Origin: Macrostomum hystrix
Lineage: Eukaryota > Animalia > Platyhelminthes
Direction of reading: 5' to 3'
DNA length: 64,000 nt
Assembly (NCBI GenBank): GCA_950097015.1
Contig: CATNEN010000035.1
Coordinates: 434,001 to 498,000 of the forward strand
Position numbers and translations under genes: made by a program. Of the stretch, positions 1-14,158 are shown one piece after another (the stretch's first letter is position 1; the number at the start of each line of letters is the position of its first letter). The notes under the pieces are model-generated. The model worked only from the letters and a program-made list of their open reading frames with translations, was not told the DNA's origin and did not search any database.

Positions 1-900
1 GTGACGGGAGAATCTAGGGTCAGTGACAGCCCAATTCAGGAGAGTGACAGCTCAATTCAGGAGAGTGACACAACTCAATTCAGGAGAGTGACAGACCAAT
101 TCAGGAGAGTGACAGCAGTTCAAGAGAGTGACAGCAGTTCAGGAGAGTCACAGCAGTTCAGGGGAGTGACAGCAGTTCAGGGGAGTGACAGCAGTTCAGG
201 GGAGTGACAGCAGTTCAGGAGAGTGACACAACTCAATTCAGGAGAGTGACAGACCAATTCAGGAGAGTGACAGCAGTTCAAGAGAGTGACAGCAGTTCAG
301 GAGAGTCACAGCAGTTCAGGGGAGTGACAGCAGTTCAGGGGAGTGACAGCAGTTCAGGGGAGTGACAGCAGTTCAGGGGAGTGACAGCAGTTCAGGAGAG
401 TCACAGCAGTTCAGGGGAGTGACAGCAGTTCAGGGGAGTGACAGCAGTTCAGGGGAGTGACAGCAGTTCAGGAGAGGGACAGCAGTTCAGGGGAGTGACA
501 GCAGTTCAGGGGAGTGACAGCAGTTCAGGAGAGTCACAGCAGTTCAGGGGAGTGACAGCAGTTCAGGGGAGTGACAGCAGTTCAGGGGAGTGACAGCAGT
601 TCAGGAGAGGGACAGCAGTTCAGGGGAGTGACAGCAGTTCAGGGGAGTGACAGCAGTTCAGGGGAGTGACAGCAGTTCAGGGGAGTGACAGCAGTTCAGG
701 GGAGTGACAGCAGTTCAGGGGAGTGACAGCAGTTCAGGAGAGTCACAGCAGTTCAGGGGAGTGACAGCAGTTCAGGGGAGTGACAGCAGTTCAGGGGAGT
801 GACAGCAGTTCAGGAGAGGGACAGCAGTTCAGGAGAGGGACAGAGATAGTTCAGGAGAGGGACAGAGATAGTTCAGGAGAGGGACAGAGATAGTTCAGGA
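1..900. repeat. Minisatellite, 19-bp unit GGGGAGTGACAGCAGTTCA
   Basis: Direct tandem copies in a GRIN3-like intron. Confidence 0.95.
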
Positions 901-988
901 GAGTAATGGCATGATAAACAAACGGGAGAGAGACGGGAAAATGAAAGTCGAGTGCCAGTGACAGGTCTTGGGAGTGACAATGACCTAC

Positions 989-3900
989 CCGGTTGTCGTG
1001 AATGCCGACAATGTCGGAGGCTTCACCGTCGCCCACCATGAAGGCTGCCAGGTTGGCCGTGTAGCTGGCGATAAAAACCAAGCAGAACATGGCGTAGATG
1101 TTCAGCAGGAAGCGGGAGCTCCAGCATTTCGGTGATTTAGTCTGGACGGTGTGCGAGAACAGCACGGACCAGGTGAGGGTCAAAGCGCTCGGGAAGCTGA
1201 ACACGCGGGCCCGATTCCTGCCGTAGGGCGTCAGGCCGAACGGGCTGAGCCACTCGTAAATCACGGCTGCCACCGCGGCAACGTGCACCGTGGCCAGAAT
1301 GCACATCCACATGGCCAGGTCGAACGGGTACAGGAAGCCGAACCTGGTGGCCCGGCCGCTCAGCTTCTCGGTCCGATTGACCACGATTGACACCGAGGTC
1401 AGCAGGTAGGGATCTGTAGTGAGGAAATCCCTGCGCCAGTTGGCGTTGCTGATGACCTGAACATTGGAATGGGTGACACGGATGTTTGGTATTTTCTAGT
1501 CTTTCGGCACCACGTAGCTCAGGGTCTAAGTGAAGGATGTCTGGCATCCCGTGACTCTCTGGCATCCCGTGACTCTCTGGCATCCCGTGACTCTCTGGCA
1601 TCCCGTGACTCTCTGGCATCCCGTGACTCTCTGGCATCCCGTGACTCTCTGGCATCCCGTGACTCCCTGGCATCCCGTGACTCTCTGGCATCCCGTGACT
1701 CCCTGGCATCCCGTGACTCTCTGGCATCACGTGACTCTCTGGCATCACGTGACTCTCTGGCATCCCGTGACTCTCTGGCATCCCGTGACTCTCTGGCATC
1801 CCGTGACTCCCTGGCATCCCGTGACTCTCTGGCATCACGTGACTCTCTGGCATCACATGACTATCTGGCATCCCGTGACTATCTGGAATCCGTGACTCTC
1901 TGGCATCTCTGGCATCACGTGACTCTCTGGCATCTCTGGCATCACGTGACTCTCTGGCATCTCTGGCATCACGTGACTCTCTGGCATCTCTGGCATCACG
2001 TGACTCAGTGTCTAAGAGAAGGGTCTCTGGCATCACGTGACTTGTTGCGCTTGTGCAGACTGTGAACAATAGCAAACAAAGTTGGAGTGACCTAGTAGTC
2101 GTGAAATAAACTGCACTTTTTACAATTTATTGACTCCAGTCATGCTATATTTCAAATCTGGCTTCGCATCGCTCTTTTTTCATGAACTAGATAGACGTAA
2201 TCTTCGAGAAATTTTGCAAAATTGAAGCAAATGGGAGCAATTTTGAAGAGGCAATTTTGAAGAGAGGCAATTTTCGTTGTAGAATGGCAATCATTTTGCA
2301 ATTGTCGCAATTTCAGAAAAATTATTTTTCTGAGCAGACTCAACTCGGGCGGGACTTGGGAAGTGGAAGGCGATAATTATTGTCCCAACGACAAAGACAG
2401 CAAAATCTCGCTCTCGGTCTCTCCCTCAGAGAAGGGGAAGCAGCAGAAATTAGTGGGAAGTAGCGGAAAATTTGGCAACGCCCCACGGGACACAGCAAAT
2501 TTAGTCCCAGGTATTCCACCTGGTGCAGCAGCAATAACTGCGCTTCTATATACTAGCGAACTAAGCACAATGCCCTGCTGAAATAGAAATTCACCCTGAT
2601 TCTAGAATCTGCTACGGGTCTGTAAAGTACAGACTATGGAATTTCTGTCTCTTTCTTCACTCTGTCACGGCATTGTATATTGTCTTTGTTTACTCTCTGT
2701 CGCTCTCTGCCTACTCTACTGTCTACTCTACTGTCTACTCTCTACTGTCTACTCTCTGTCGCTCTACTGTCTACTCTCTACTGTCTACTCTCTGTCGCTC
2801 TACTGTCTACTCTCTGTCTACTCTACTGTCTACTCTCTGTCGCTCTACTGTCTAATGTCTACCCTCTACTGTCTACTCTCTGTCTACTCTAATGTCTACT
2901 CTCTACTGTCTACTCTCTGTCGCTCTACTGTCTACTCTCTGTCGCTCTACTGTCTACTCTCTGCCTACTCTACTGTCTACTCTCTACTGTCTACTCTCTA
3001 CTGTCTACTCTCTGTCGCTCTACTGTCTACTCTCTTACTGCCTACTCTCTGCCTACTCTACTGTCTACTCTCTGTCGCTCTACTGTCTACTCTCTGTCGC
3101 TCTACTGTCTACTCTCTGTCGCTCTACTGTCTACTCTCTGTCGCTCTACTGTCTAATGTCTACTCTGTACTGTCTACTCTCTGTCTACTCTACTGTCTAC
3201 TCTCTGTCGCTCTACTGTCTAATGTCTACTCTCTACTGTCTACTCTCTGTCTACTCTAATGTCTACTATCTGTCGCTCTACTGTCTACTCTCTGTCGCTC
3301 TACTGTCTACTCTCTGTCGCTCTACTGTCTAATGTCTACTCTGTACTGTCTACTCTCTGTCTACTCTACTGTCTACTCTCTGTCGCTCTACTGTCTAATG
3401 TCTACTCTCTACTGTCTACTCTCTGTCTACTCTAATGTCTACTATCTGTCGCTCTACTGTCTACTCTCTGTCGCTCTACTGTCTACTCTCTGTCGCTCTA
3501 CTGTCTAATGTCTACTCTGTACTGTCTACTCTCTGTCTACTCTACTGTCTACTCTCTGTCGCTCTACTGTCTAATGTCTACTCTCTACTGTCTACTCTCT
3601 GTCTACTCTAATGTCTACTATCTGTCGCTCTACTGTCTAATCTTTGTCAGAAAGACTAGAAATCCAAGCGAATAATTGCAGTTTCATTCATTATATTTGT
3701 GTAGCGAGCAGAGCTTGGCTGAACTGCAGTGAGCTTATTTCAGTTATTATTTAGTGTTGCTGCAGTAAACTGTAGTCTCTCTCTCTCAATCAAACCATTC
3801 TAAATTTTCTAGCACTACACATTAAACATAGGCAGCTGAGTTTGATTACATGGAATTAACCAAGTCTTCGAAATCCATCTGCTATCTCTTTCCCTTTTCC

Positions 3901-5533
3901 TCTATCCTCTTTCTGTCTTCTAGTAGAGAAGCAGTTTTTGAGCACAGCAACTGCGAGTACAAACACTTGAATCGATACGCTGCAGTTAACAAAGATAGAG
4001 GCGCAGGGTGAGACAGAGAGCTGAGCTGTCTCAACCAGTTGTAGTTGGCTGTAGTTTGCGTGATGCGCAAACTGAACTCACCTCTTAACCTGCACTCTGC
4101 ATTGTCATCGATAAACAATGACCTGTAGCTTAGCAAAGTGGAGGCTGCCAGAAATAGTAATTGAACCTGACGCTGAAGAATACTTTTTATCCTGCTTAAT
4201 TAACAAAAACGAACATTGCTCAGCCGATACTCACGAAATACTCGTAAGAATACGAGTATTGCCACTACAGGAGTCAGCGGGCAAAGATGCAGAAACACTT
4301 TTAAAAAATTTCTCTACAAAGGCCTAGAGAAAAGTGAAGTATAAAAGAGCACTTTGCTTCTTTCTAACTCAAGCTAGAAAGCTAAGTAAAAACTGCCTTT
4401 TGTAAGCAGTCGATAGTTATAAGGATTATTGTATGATTCATAACATATGGCCACTGTTGAATAAAAAACTATTTAGGACTTAAGTCCCAGGTAGACAAAA
4501 TCAGGATTGTCTACAAATTAAACTAACTAGATACCCTATGCGATATAATTATGATTAGCTGGACACTTACTATAAATAAATCCCGATTCTAAGAAATCCC
4601 AGTTCTAAAAAATCCCACTTCTACGAAATTACATTTCTACGACATCCCATTTCTACGAAATCCCATTTCTACGAAATTACGTTTCTACGAAATACCATTT
4701 CTACGACATCCTATTTCTACGAAATCCGATTTCTACGACATCCCATCTCTATGAAATTACATTTCTATGAAATTACATTTCTACGAAATCCCATTTCTAC
4801 GAAATTCCGTTTTACTAACTCCCATTTCTACGAAAATAATTTTTTTTGAAATCCCATTTCTGCGAAACCCCGTTTCTATGATCTCCATAGCGCAGACGAT
4901 CTCTTGAGCTGATGCCTAGTGCTCGTTAATCAGCGATTCGCCAACCTTTGATCCCAGCGCAATATTGGCGCGCTCGTTTCTCAGCTCCTCGGCCAAGCAG
5001 TTGTCAACCGACACACCAGCCGCGCCATCTCGACTAGCTATCGGGCAGCCGCCTTTGGGATATACTCGAACGTCGGCCACCCGAATGACGGTGGGCAGAT
5101 TGTCGCAGAGGTCCTTCTGCTGTTGCAACGATTTCTGGCTGAACATCTTCTCGCACTGCAGCTGCACAGGAAACTGGATGCTGAGGTAGATGAAGTCGAC
5201 GGCGATGCCAAAGCAGCATCTTTGACGCGGCTCCTCCGTGCCGTTGGGCCGCAGCAGTGTGCACATGACGCCGTGCTTGCACTCCCAGCGCGATTCGCTC
5301 GGCTCGCCGCTGAATTCTTTCATTCGCACCAGCGGGTCCTCCTCGTTTAGCGCGAACACCAGGTCTAGATTCTTCTGTCGGACCTGGACTGCGTCACGGC
5401 GAGAGCCCTGCCAGGCGGCTTCGAACTCCAGGGTGGCGATCCAGCGCAGGCTCGCCATTGGTTGGTCGTACTTCTGCGGCAGCGGGACGCCGTGGAGCAG
5501 CTTGCGTAGGTCGTAGAATCCAGTTGGAAGCAA

Positions 5534-5570
<37 letters not shown>

Positions 5571-8500
5571 TGACTTTGGCGCTGTTTCTGTCGCTGCTTT
5601 TGTGGTTTCGCGGATGGCGCGCCGGGGCTGCAGGCGAACTTCGGGCAGCTGAACACGCTGAGGGGATAATGCGGCGAAAAAATTATCGTAATGCGATATA
5701 GATACTTTCTGTCGAGGGATCTGAAGGATATCAGCTGAATCACTGCTGAGGGATCTGAAGGATATCAGCTGAATCACTGCTGAGGGATCTGAAGGATATC
5801 AGCTGAATCACTGCTGAGGGATCTGAAGGATATCAGCTGAATCACTGCTGAGGGATCTGAAGGATATCAGCTGAATCACTGCTGAGGGATCTGAAGGATA
5901 TCAGCTGAATCACTGCTGAGGGACCTGAAGGATCAGATCAGATCCCTACACCAGAATATTTTATAGATATGGGTTTTAAAAATCCGTAATGAAAGTGCTT
6001 TCACACATAACTAAATCTATAAGATTTAAAAAATATATTTTCCAATTTGCATAACTCACTTAGTAGCGTTGTAGACAATTTAATTAAGAAAAGCACATCG
6101 ACTGTACATTCGACGCATCCATCAAAAATGGCTTGGAAACACTAATCTATAAATCATCCATTGCATGGCATTGTGGTACACTGTCAGCCTTCGTGGCAGA
6201 AATGAATTTCAGTTTGCTGTTGCGCTATTAGTAATTCCGCGAGCTCCGAGAGGCATGGCAAAATTAGGAAATTCGAGACTCACCTGACCATCCAATACAG
6301 ACACACAAGAGTGGCCGAGTGGGAGAATTACTTTAGTAGACACCCAAAATCCCCTAAGAAAGCACTCTCGTCGGCCAGCTGTACTCACAGACGGTCTCTC
6401 GGACTCTCATTAGGGACAGGCCGCGATCTAGAAGGAATCTACGAACTATACAGCGAGCCTTTACTAAATCTTACAGTCTCATCTCTCTTCCTTCTCTTCC
6501 CATCTGTCGCTGCAGAGGACAGCCGGAAGGCGTGCATAAGTGAGCGGGTACGACCTGCTAGTGGGAGCAGTCTTAGTGGGATAAACACACACGTGGGCAG
6601 CTGCGCCGGACGGAACAAGATTATTAGAAGTATTTATCGCACCTGGTGGGCTAAGAAAATAGCCTAAGAAAATTTTTAATTTCTTTTCTAACATTCCTTT
6701 CTTAATAGCACAGTTACCTCTGAACCATCACAATGAACTGCTAACGGCATGTCTACGAAAAAGCGATGCACTTTTTTTCGTCATAGAAGTACCACATCAT
6801 TTTATCAAATATCATCAACAAACAATGACATTGTATCATCAACAAACAATGACAGTGTATCATCAACAAACAATGACAGTGTATCATCAACAAACCATGA
6901 CATTGTATCATCAACAAACCATGACATTGTATCATCAACAAACCATGACATTGTATCATCAACAAACAATGACAGTGTATCATCAACAAACAATGACATT
7001 GTATCATCAACAAATCATGACACTGTATCATCAACAAACCATGACATTGTATCATCAACAAACCATGACATTGTATCATCAACAAACAATGACAGTGTAT
7101 CATCAACAAACAATGACAGTGTATCATCAACAAACCATGACATTGTATCATCAACAAACCATGACATTGTATCATCAACAAACCATGACATTGTATCATC
7201 AACAAACAATGACAGTGTATCATCAACAAACAATGACATTGTATCATCAACAAATCATGACACTGTATCATCAACAAACCATGACATTGTATCATCAACA
7301 AACCATGACATTGTATCATCAACAAACCATGACAGTGTATCATCAACAAACCATGACAATGTATCATCAACAAACCATGACAGTGTATCATCAACAAACA
7401 ATGACAGTGTATCATCAACAAACCATGACAGTGTATCATCAACAAACCATGACACTGTATCATCAACAAACCATGACACTGTATCATCAACAAACCATGA
7501 CATTGTATCATCAACAAACCATGACAGTGTATCATCAACAAACCATGACAGTGTATCATCAACAAACAATGACAATGTATCATCAACAAACAATAACAGT
7601 GTATCATCAACAAACCATGACATTGTATCATCAACAAACCATGACACTGTATCATCAACAAACCGTGACATTGTATCATCAACAAACCATGACATTGTAT
7701 CATCAACAAACCATGACACTGTATCATCAACAAACCATGAAATTGTATCATCAACAAACAATGACATTGTATCATCAACAAACAATGACAGTGTATCATC
7801 AACAAACCATGACATTGTATCATCAACAAACCATGACACTGTATCATCAACAAACCATGACAGTGTATCATCAACAAACCATGACATTGTATCATCAACA
7901 AACCATGACATTGTATCATCAACAAACCATGACAGTGTATCATCAACAAACCATGACAGTGTATCATCAACAAACCATGACATTGTATCATCAACAAACC
8001 ATGACACTGTATCATCAACAAACCATGACATTGTATCATCAACAAACAATGACAGTGTATCATCAACAAACCATGACAGTGTATCATCAACAAACCATGA
8101 CATTGTATCATCAACAAACCATGACAGTGTATCATCAACAAACCATGACAGTGTATCATCAACAAACCATGACAATGTATCATCAACAAACCATGACAGT
8201 GTATCATCAACAAACCATGACAGTGTATCATCAACAAACCATGACATTGTACCATCAACAAACCATGACAGTGTATCATCAACAAACCATGACAGTGTAT
8301 CATCAACAAACCATGACATTGTATCATCAACAAACCATGACAGTGTATCATCAACAAACCATGACAGTGTATCATCAACAAACCATGACATTGTATCATC
8401 AACGAGCCACAAAATATTCTCGTACCATCTAAGAGCCATTGTTTTAACTTATCTGCATCTGTATCTGCAACATTTTATCTCGCTACAATTTCGACACACT

Positions 8501-10522
8501 TTTTTAAACGAATATTTAGTGGTAGTTTTTTCTCAATAACTTGCCAAAAGTAGCAGTTGCAAGCCATTCTGTGGCTTGTAGCTACTATGTAAGCCCTAAG
8601 GTCACCAACTATTATGAGAGGGTGTGTTACCTGGAGATTACTTTTCTTGTTGCCAGAACTCTTTCCGCTTTTGCGTTTCTAGGGCCGAGTTTATCAAGTT
8701 CAAACAATTTTGTCACATGGCTACTCGTATCGCACTAGCTCACCTGGTCTTAAAACGATTAAAACGATCTCAGGGACATTGTTGCGAGATGCAAACGCGC
8801 TCGCTCTGCCACTCACGCCCTAAAATCGACACAAGGACAGGTTGTGGCAAAAATGGAAAACAAACCAGAAAGGCTGCCTACCTGATGGTGCTATCGTAGT
8901 GCTTTCTAAGCAGTCGTCGGCAAGTCACCACGTCGTTTGAACACTTCGCTGGCAGCCGTTGCGGTGATGTCTCCAGCTGACGTGCCCTGCTGTAGGCGGT
9001 GTGGATCTGGTGGGAGGTGGGCATGAACTTCACGAGCCACACGGAGACCAGAGCACTGAGCTTGCTAATGTGCCTCTTCTGCTCATCGAAGTACTGCTCT
9101 TGTTTCTGCTCGTCCACGTGCGGCCCGAACACGTGCGCCAGGATGCTGGGATTGCCGCTGAAGTACTTCAGCTGCAGCTGGCCGTTCTCAGTCTCGAACA
9201 TGGTCTCAACCGCGGCTGACTCGATAAAAACGTGCAGCCTCTCGTCGGCGGGAATTCGCCGTCGACGCCGGAAGGTCTCTAAAGCGGCCGACGCGAAATG
9301 CACCGACCGGATGTGAAACACCACGAACTGCTGCAGCTCAGAGACGCCGTCTTCGTCATCTACAGCGTCGCTGGCTCCGTTGGCTGGACGCCTCTCGGCA
9401 AAGAGTCTCTCTCGAGTTCTCGCGTCGCCCACCGGCTCACCAGTGAAGGCGAGCACCTGGTGGCTGAACAGGTGCCGCTGAAGGTGCCGGCTGATGAGCT
9501 GGAAACAATCCGAGGCGACGATGGCCACGTATTTGTACACCCGCCGTCGGCTGAGTAGGTAGGCAAGCAGAATGCGAGCGTCGTTACAGATGTTGTCCTC
9601 GACGGGCACGTACTGAAAATGCTGCATCTGCAGTTAGAAGTTAATTGAAGTTTTGAGTGTGTTATAAGACATTTAAAAGCGTATATTATGTATTTATTAG
9701 CATTGAATTGATCATGTCCCAAGTTCGATCCCGCGGTGAGGCTACATTAAATTGGGGCGCAGCCGCGGAGAGAAGGCTTGGGGGCTTGACGTGCAATTTA
9801 CGCCCTTGAGGGCCAACCTCCAAGGCACAGTAAAAGTGTACACTGCCTGACGATGAGAAAGTCAGGGCATATGTACGCACCTGCGTGAGCGTGTGCCTGC
9901 GTACAGTTTCTGAGTGTGTGCTCAGGAGTCAGCGAATTGGGCATGCAGAATTGCCTCCTCGCCGGCTGTGGGTCTAGTGTGACCAAATTATGTGCCATTG
10001 CGCACAGTTCTCCTGCAATTGTTATTCTTATTATTAGCAATCAACACTCAGAACGATCAAGCAGGATATTGAATGTGCTCTCGAACTATTGCTTGAATGT
10101 TTCCCTACTTAACTGCTGCTCACCAGTTCCGATGAGTTAGGCAAATCCTCGAGCCTGTTGCCAACGCACACGACCCGTAGCAGATTGCAGGCTAGCACAA
10201 GCTCAGCGGACATTGTAGGCGACAGGACCGTCAGCACCGACTGCGGATCGATGACGCTGACTAGATTGGTCAGGCGGTTGTCCGGCACCAGCACGGAGTC
10301 CAGCTGGAACTCAGCGCCGGGCATTTTACGCATTCGATCGGTCAGGAAGTTGGCGTAGAAGTCGCGTCTCTCCGGTGGCAGCTGGCGCAGCTGGGACATG
10401 TCTAACACCATCAGCGTCTTCAGAGACGCCAGCGGATGCTGCTGCTGCTGCTGTGCAAGGCAATTCAGCAACGATGCGAACAGAAGAGCCAGCAGAGGCA
10501 GCAGCAGGTGCCACTGTTGCAT
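989..10522 (-). CDS. GRIN3: NMDA-type ionotropic glutamate receptor subunit, GluN3-like (3' part, S2/M4, lies beyond window start)
   Basis: Exons 10522-10124 (signal peptide MQQWHLLLPLLALLF), 9627-8882 (probable ATD), 5648-4946 (polyQ then S1: EDPLV...CCFGIAVD...LAEELRNERANIALGS), 1456-989 (M1-M3: EWLSPFGLTPYGRNRARVFSF, KSPKCWSSRFL, SYTANLAAF). All introns are GT-AG with matching phases 0, 2, 0. The SPFGLTPxGRNR and PKCW motifs are what I recall from GluN3. Confidence 0.85.
1538..2040. repeat. Minisatellite, 18-bp unit TGGCATCCCGTGACTCTC
   Basis: Tandem copies just upstream of the exon 4 acceptor. Confidence 0.95.
2692..3640. repeat. Minisatellite, CTACTGTCTACTCTCTGTCGCT-type units
   Basis: Variant tandem array. 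Confidence 0.93.
4580..4885. repeat. Degenerate 16-bp minisatellite ATCCCATTTCTACGAA
   Basis: Imperfect tandem copies next to the exon 3 donor. Confidence 0.85.
5714..5932. repeat. Minisatellite, 34-bp unit CTGAGGGATCTGAAGGATATCAGCTGAATCACTG
   Basis: About 6.5 near-perfect copies. Confidence 0.95.
6815..8402. repeat. Minisatellite, 24-bp unit GTATCATCAACAAACCATGACATT
   Basis: About 66 copies; source of several spurious long ORFs. Confidence 0.97.
9716..10002 (+). mobile_element. tRNA-derived SINE family A, 5'-truncated copy (GRIN3-like intron 1)
   Basis: Starts at B-box AGTTCGATCCC; body similar to the copies at 16880-17213 and 43203-43459. Confidence 0.75.
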
Positions 10523-10967
10523 AGCTCTTTAGCTGCTCTGAGGAAGAAAGAGAATGGTTGCGTCCTGCCCTGCCCTGGTCACTTCCGCTCTCGAATTGAA
10601 TGCCATGCGATGGTGAGCGATAGGAATTTTCTACTGCGATGGGATTCTAATTCTCGTGAGTCTAACATTGAGCGAGGATTGGTCCGCCTGACTCTGTCCA
10701 ATCAGCTGGCAGCAAAATCTAATTTATAGTATCTGATCATTTGGGTCACCGACAATTTTTCACGTCTCTGTAGTCAACTGTGTACGCTCATGCTGTATGT
10801 AACGGCCCAATGTAGTCACTCAAGGTACTGTTGGTTTTTTTACTAGCTGTCACTCTGTTTAGTGTGTCGCAATATACTGTCATACTGTCACTCGTTTTTG
10901 GCTGTCTCTGATTCAAGTTACTATTAAAAAGATTTATTAAAGTCTCTAAGCACAATGATAGACCTTT

Positions 10968-11510
10968 ATAGTTGCTGGGTGGCATAGTTGCTGGGTGGCA
11001 TAGTTGCTGGGTGGCATAGTTGCTGGGTGGCATAGTTGCTGGGTGGCATAGTTGCTGGGTGGCATAGTTGCTGGGTGGCATAGTTGCTGGGTGGCATAGT
11101 TGCTGGGTGGCATAGTTGCTGGGTGGCATAGTTGCTGGGTGGCATAGTTGCTGGGTGGCATAGTTGCTGGGTGGCATAGTTGCTGGGTGGCATAGTTGCT
11201 GGGTGGCATAGTTGCTGGGTGGCATAGTTGCTGGGTGGCATAGTTGCTGGGTGGCATAGTTGCTGGGTGGCATAGTTGCTGGGTGGCATAGTTGCTGGGT
11301 GGCATAGTTGCTGGGTGGCATAGTTGCTGGGTGGCATAGTTGCTGGGTGGCATAGTTGCTGGGTGGCATAGTTGCTGGGTGGCATAGTTGCTGGGTGGCA
11401 TAGTTGCTGGGTGGCATAGTTGCTGGGTGGCATAGTTGCTGGGTGGCATAGTTGCTGGGTGGCATAGTTGCTGGGTGGCATAGTTGCTGGGTGGCATAGT
11501 TACTGGGTGG
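10968..11510. repeat. Minisatellite, 16-bp unit GTTGCTGGGTGGCATA
   Basis: About 34 essentially perfect copies. Confidence 0.97.
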
Positions 11511-11994
11511 CATTCTAGATCTAGGCCGGAGTCACTCAATTGGAAAACAAACTAGACGCCTAGCGCAAAATCGAGCCATTCCGATCCGGCCGGACTACAC
11601 TCGAGCGAGTCCATCAGCTCAAGAAAAAAGACATTAATTCTGCGGCACCGATTCTAGTGGAAAGGGTTGGCTGTCGGCTTCTAGATAAGCTCAACTCTGG
11701 ACTATAGAAAAACTCCAAGGATCACTTCCTGGGATACCCAACGATTCAGAAATACATTTATAGTAACACTTTGCAGTTGTAATCGATACGATTTGAAGTG
11801 AAAAAGGGACAGATATTGATAGTAAAGGATTTAGAAAAATTTGCCATCTAGATTCGAATGCCAACGGATAAAAACCAACTGGACTTACTGCATGCTGGGA
11901 AGATAGCATCTGCAAATGAGCTGCTACTCAACTTTTCTAAGGCTCATAGAACTATTTTACAACGATTTCTATCCAAGGGATTTCCAATCATGAG

Positions 11995-14158
11995 AGATGG
12001 AAGGGTGAAGGAATTGGAAGGGTGGGGGAGATGGAAGGGTAAGGAAGGCTGAGGCAGATGGAAGGGTGAAGGAATTGGAAGGGTGGGGGAGATGGAAGGG
12101 TAAGGAAGGCTGAGGGAGATGGAAGGGTGGGGGAGATGGAAGGGTAAGGAAGGGTGAGGAAGGGTGAGGGAGATAGAAGGGTGAGGGAGATGGAAGGGTG
12201 GGGGAGATGCAAGGGTGAGGAAGGGTGAGGGAGATAGAAGGGTGAGGGAGATGGAAGGGTGGGGGAGATGGAAGGGTGGGGGAGATGGAAGGGTTGGGGA
12301 GATGGAAGGGTGAGGGAGATGGAAGGGTGGGGAGATGGAAGGGTAAGGAAGGTTAAGGGAGATAGAAGGGTGAGGGAGATGGAAGGGTGAGGGAGATGGA
12401 AGGGTAAGGAAGGTTAAGGGAGATGGAAGGTTGAGGGAGATGGAAGGGTGGGGGAGATGGAAAGGTGACGGAGATGGAAGGGCGAGGGAGATGGAAAAAT
12501 GGGGGAGATGGAAGGGTGAGGGAGATGGAAGGGTGGGGGAGATGGAAGGGCGAGGGAGATGGAAGGTTGAGGGAGATGGAAGGGTGAGGGAGATGGAAGG
12601 TTGAGGGAGATGGAAGGTTGAGGGAGATGGAAGGGTGAGGGAGATGGAAGGGTAAGGAAGGTTAAGGGAGATGGAAGGTTGAGGGAGATGGAAGGGTGGG
12701 GGAGATGGAAGGGTGAGGGAGATGGAAGGTTGAGGGAGATGGAAGGGTGAGGGAGATGGAAGGGTAAGGAAGGTTAAGGGAGATGGAAGGTTGAGGGAGA
12801 TGGAAGGGTGGGGGAGATGGAAGGTTGAGGGAGATGGAAGGTTGAGGGAGATGGAAGGGTGAGGGAGATGGAAGGGTAAGGAAGGTTAAGGGAGATGGAA
12901 GGTTGAGGGAGATGGAAGGGTGGGGGAGATGGAAGGGTGAGGGAGATGGAAGGGTGAGGGAGATGGAAGGGTGAGGGAGATGGAAGGGTAAGGAAGGTTA
13001 AGGGAGATGGAAGGTTGAGGGAGATGGAAGGGTGGGGGAGATGGAAGGGTGAGGGAGATGGAAGGTTGAGGGAGATGGAAGGGTGAGGGAGATGGAAGGG
13101 TAAGGAAGGTTAAGGGAGATGGAAGGTTGAGGGAGATGGAAGGGTGGGGGAGATGGAAGGTTGAGGGAGATGGAAGGTTGAGGGAGATGGAAGGGTGAGG
13201 GAGATGGAAGGGTAAGGAAGGTTAAGGGAGATGGAAGGTTGAGGGAGATGGAAGGGTGGGGGAGATGGAAGGGTGAGGGAGATGGAAGGGTGAGGGAGAT
13301 GGAAGGGTGAGGGAGATGGAAGGGTAAGGAAGGTTAAGGGAGATGGAAGGTTGAGGGAGATGGAAGGGTGGGGGAGATGGAAGGGTGAGGGAGATGGAAG
13401 GTTGAGGGAGATGGAAGGGTGAGGGAGATGGAAGGGTAAGGAAGGTTAAGGGAGATGGAAGGTTGAGGGAGATGGAAGGGTGGGGGAGATGGAAGGTTGA
13501 GGGAGATGGAAGGTTGAGGGAGATGGAAGGGTGAGGGAGATGGAAGGGTAAGGAAGGTTAAGGGAGATGGAAGGTTGAGGGAGATGGAAGGGTGGGGGAG
13601 ATGGAAGGGTGAGGGAGATGGAAGGGTGAGGGAGATGGAAGGGTGAGGGAGATGGAAGGGTAAGGAAGGTTAAGGGAGATGGAAGGTTGAGGGAGATGGA
13701 AGGTTGAGGGAGATGGAAGGTTGAGGGAGATGGAAGGTTGAGGGAGATGGAAGGTTGAGGGAGATGGAAGGTTGAGGGAGATGGAAGGTTGAGGGAGATG
13801 GAAGGTTGAGGGAGATGGAAGGTTGAGGGAGATGAAAGGTTGAGGGAGATGGAAGGTTGAGGGAGATGGAAGGTTGAGGGAGATGGAAGGTTGAGGGAGA
13901 TGAAAGGGTGAGGGAGATGGAAGGTTGAGGGAGATGGAAGGTTGAGGGAGATGGAAAGGTGGGGGAGATGGAAGGGTGAGGGAGATGGAAAGGTGGGGGA
14001 GATGGAAGGGCGAGGGAGATGGAAGGGTGAGGGAGATGGAAGGGCGAGGGAGATGGAAAGGTGGGGGAGATGGAAGGGTGAGGGAGATGGAAGGGTGGGG
14101 GAGATGGAAAGGTGGGGGAGATGGAAGGGTGAGGGAGATGGAAGGTTGAGGGAGATAA
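11995..14158. repeat. Purine-rich minisatellite, 17-bp unit GGGAGATGGAAGGGTGA
   Basis: 2.1-kb variant array. Confidence 0.96.

Noticed and set aside
4246-4267. 9-bp hairpin ATACTCGTA-AGAA-TACGAGTAT
   Set aside because: Isolated and short, with no TSD or second copy; compatible with chance.
6280-6700. Possible extra exon or ORF (strong minus-strand donor CAG/GTGAGT near 6284; ORF 6311-6667)
   Set aside because: GRIN3-like exons 2 and 3 already join in phase, I found no matching acceptor or recognisable protein, and it may be a decayed element.
6749-8539. 596-aa and overlapping long ORFs (SSTNHDIV repeats)
   Set aside because: Pure 24-bp minisatellite open in several frames on both strands, inside a GRIN3-like intron; no unique coding sequence.
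9840-9880. Possible hammerhead ribozyme in SINE A (CTGACGA...GAAA)
   Set aside because: No helix III or NUH cleavage site with a matching helix I can be drawn; the sequence folds better as a simple hairpin.
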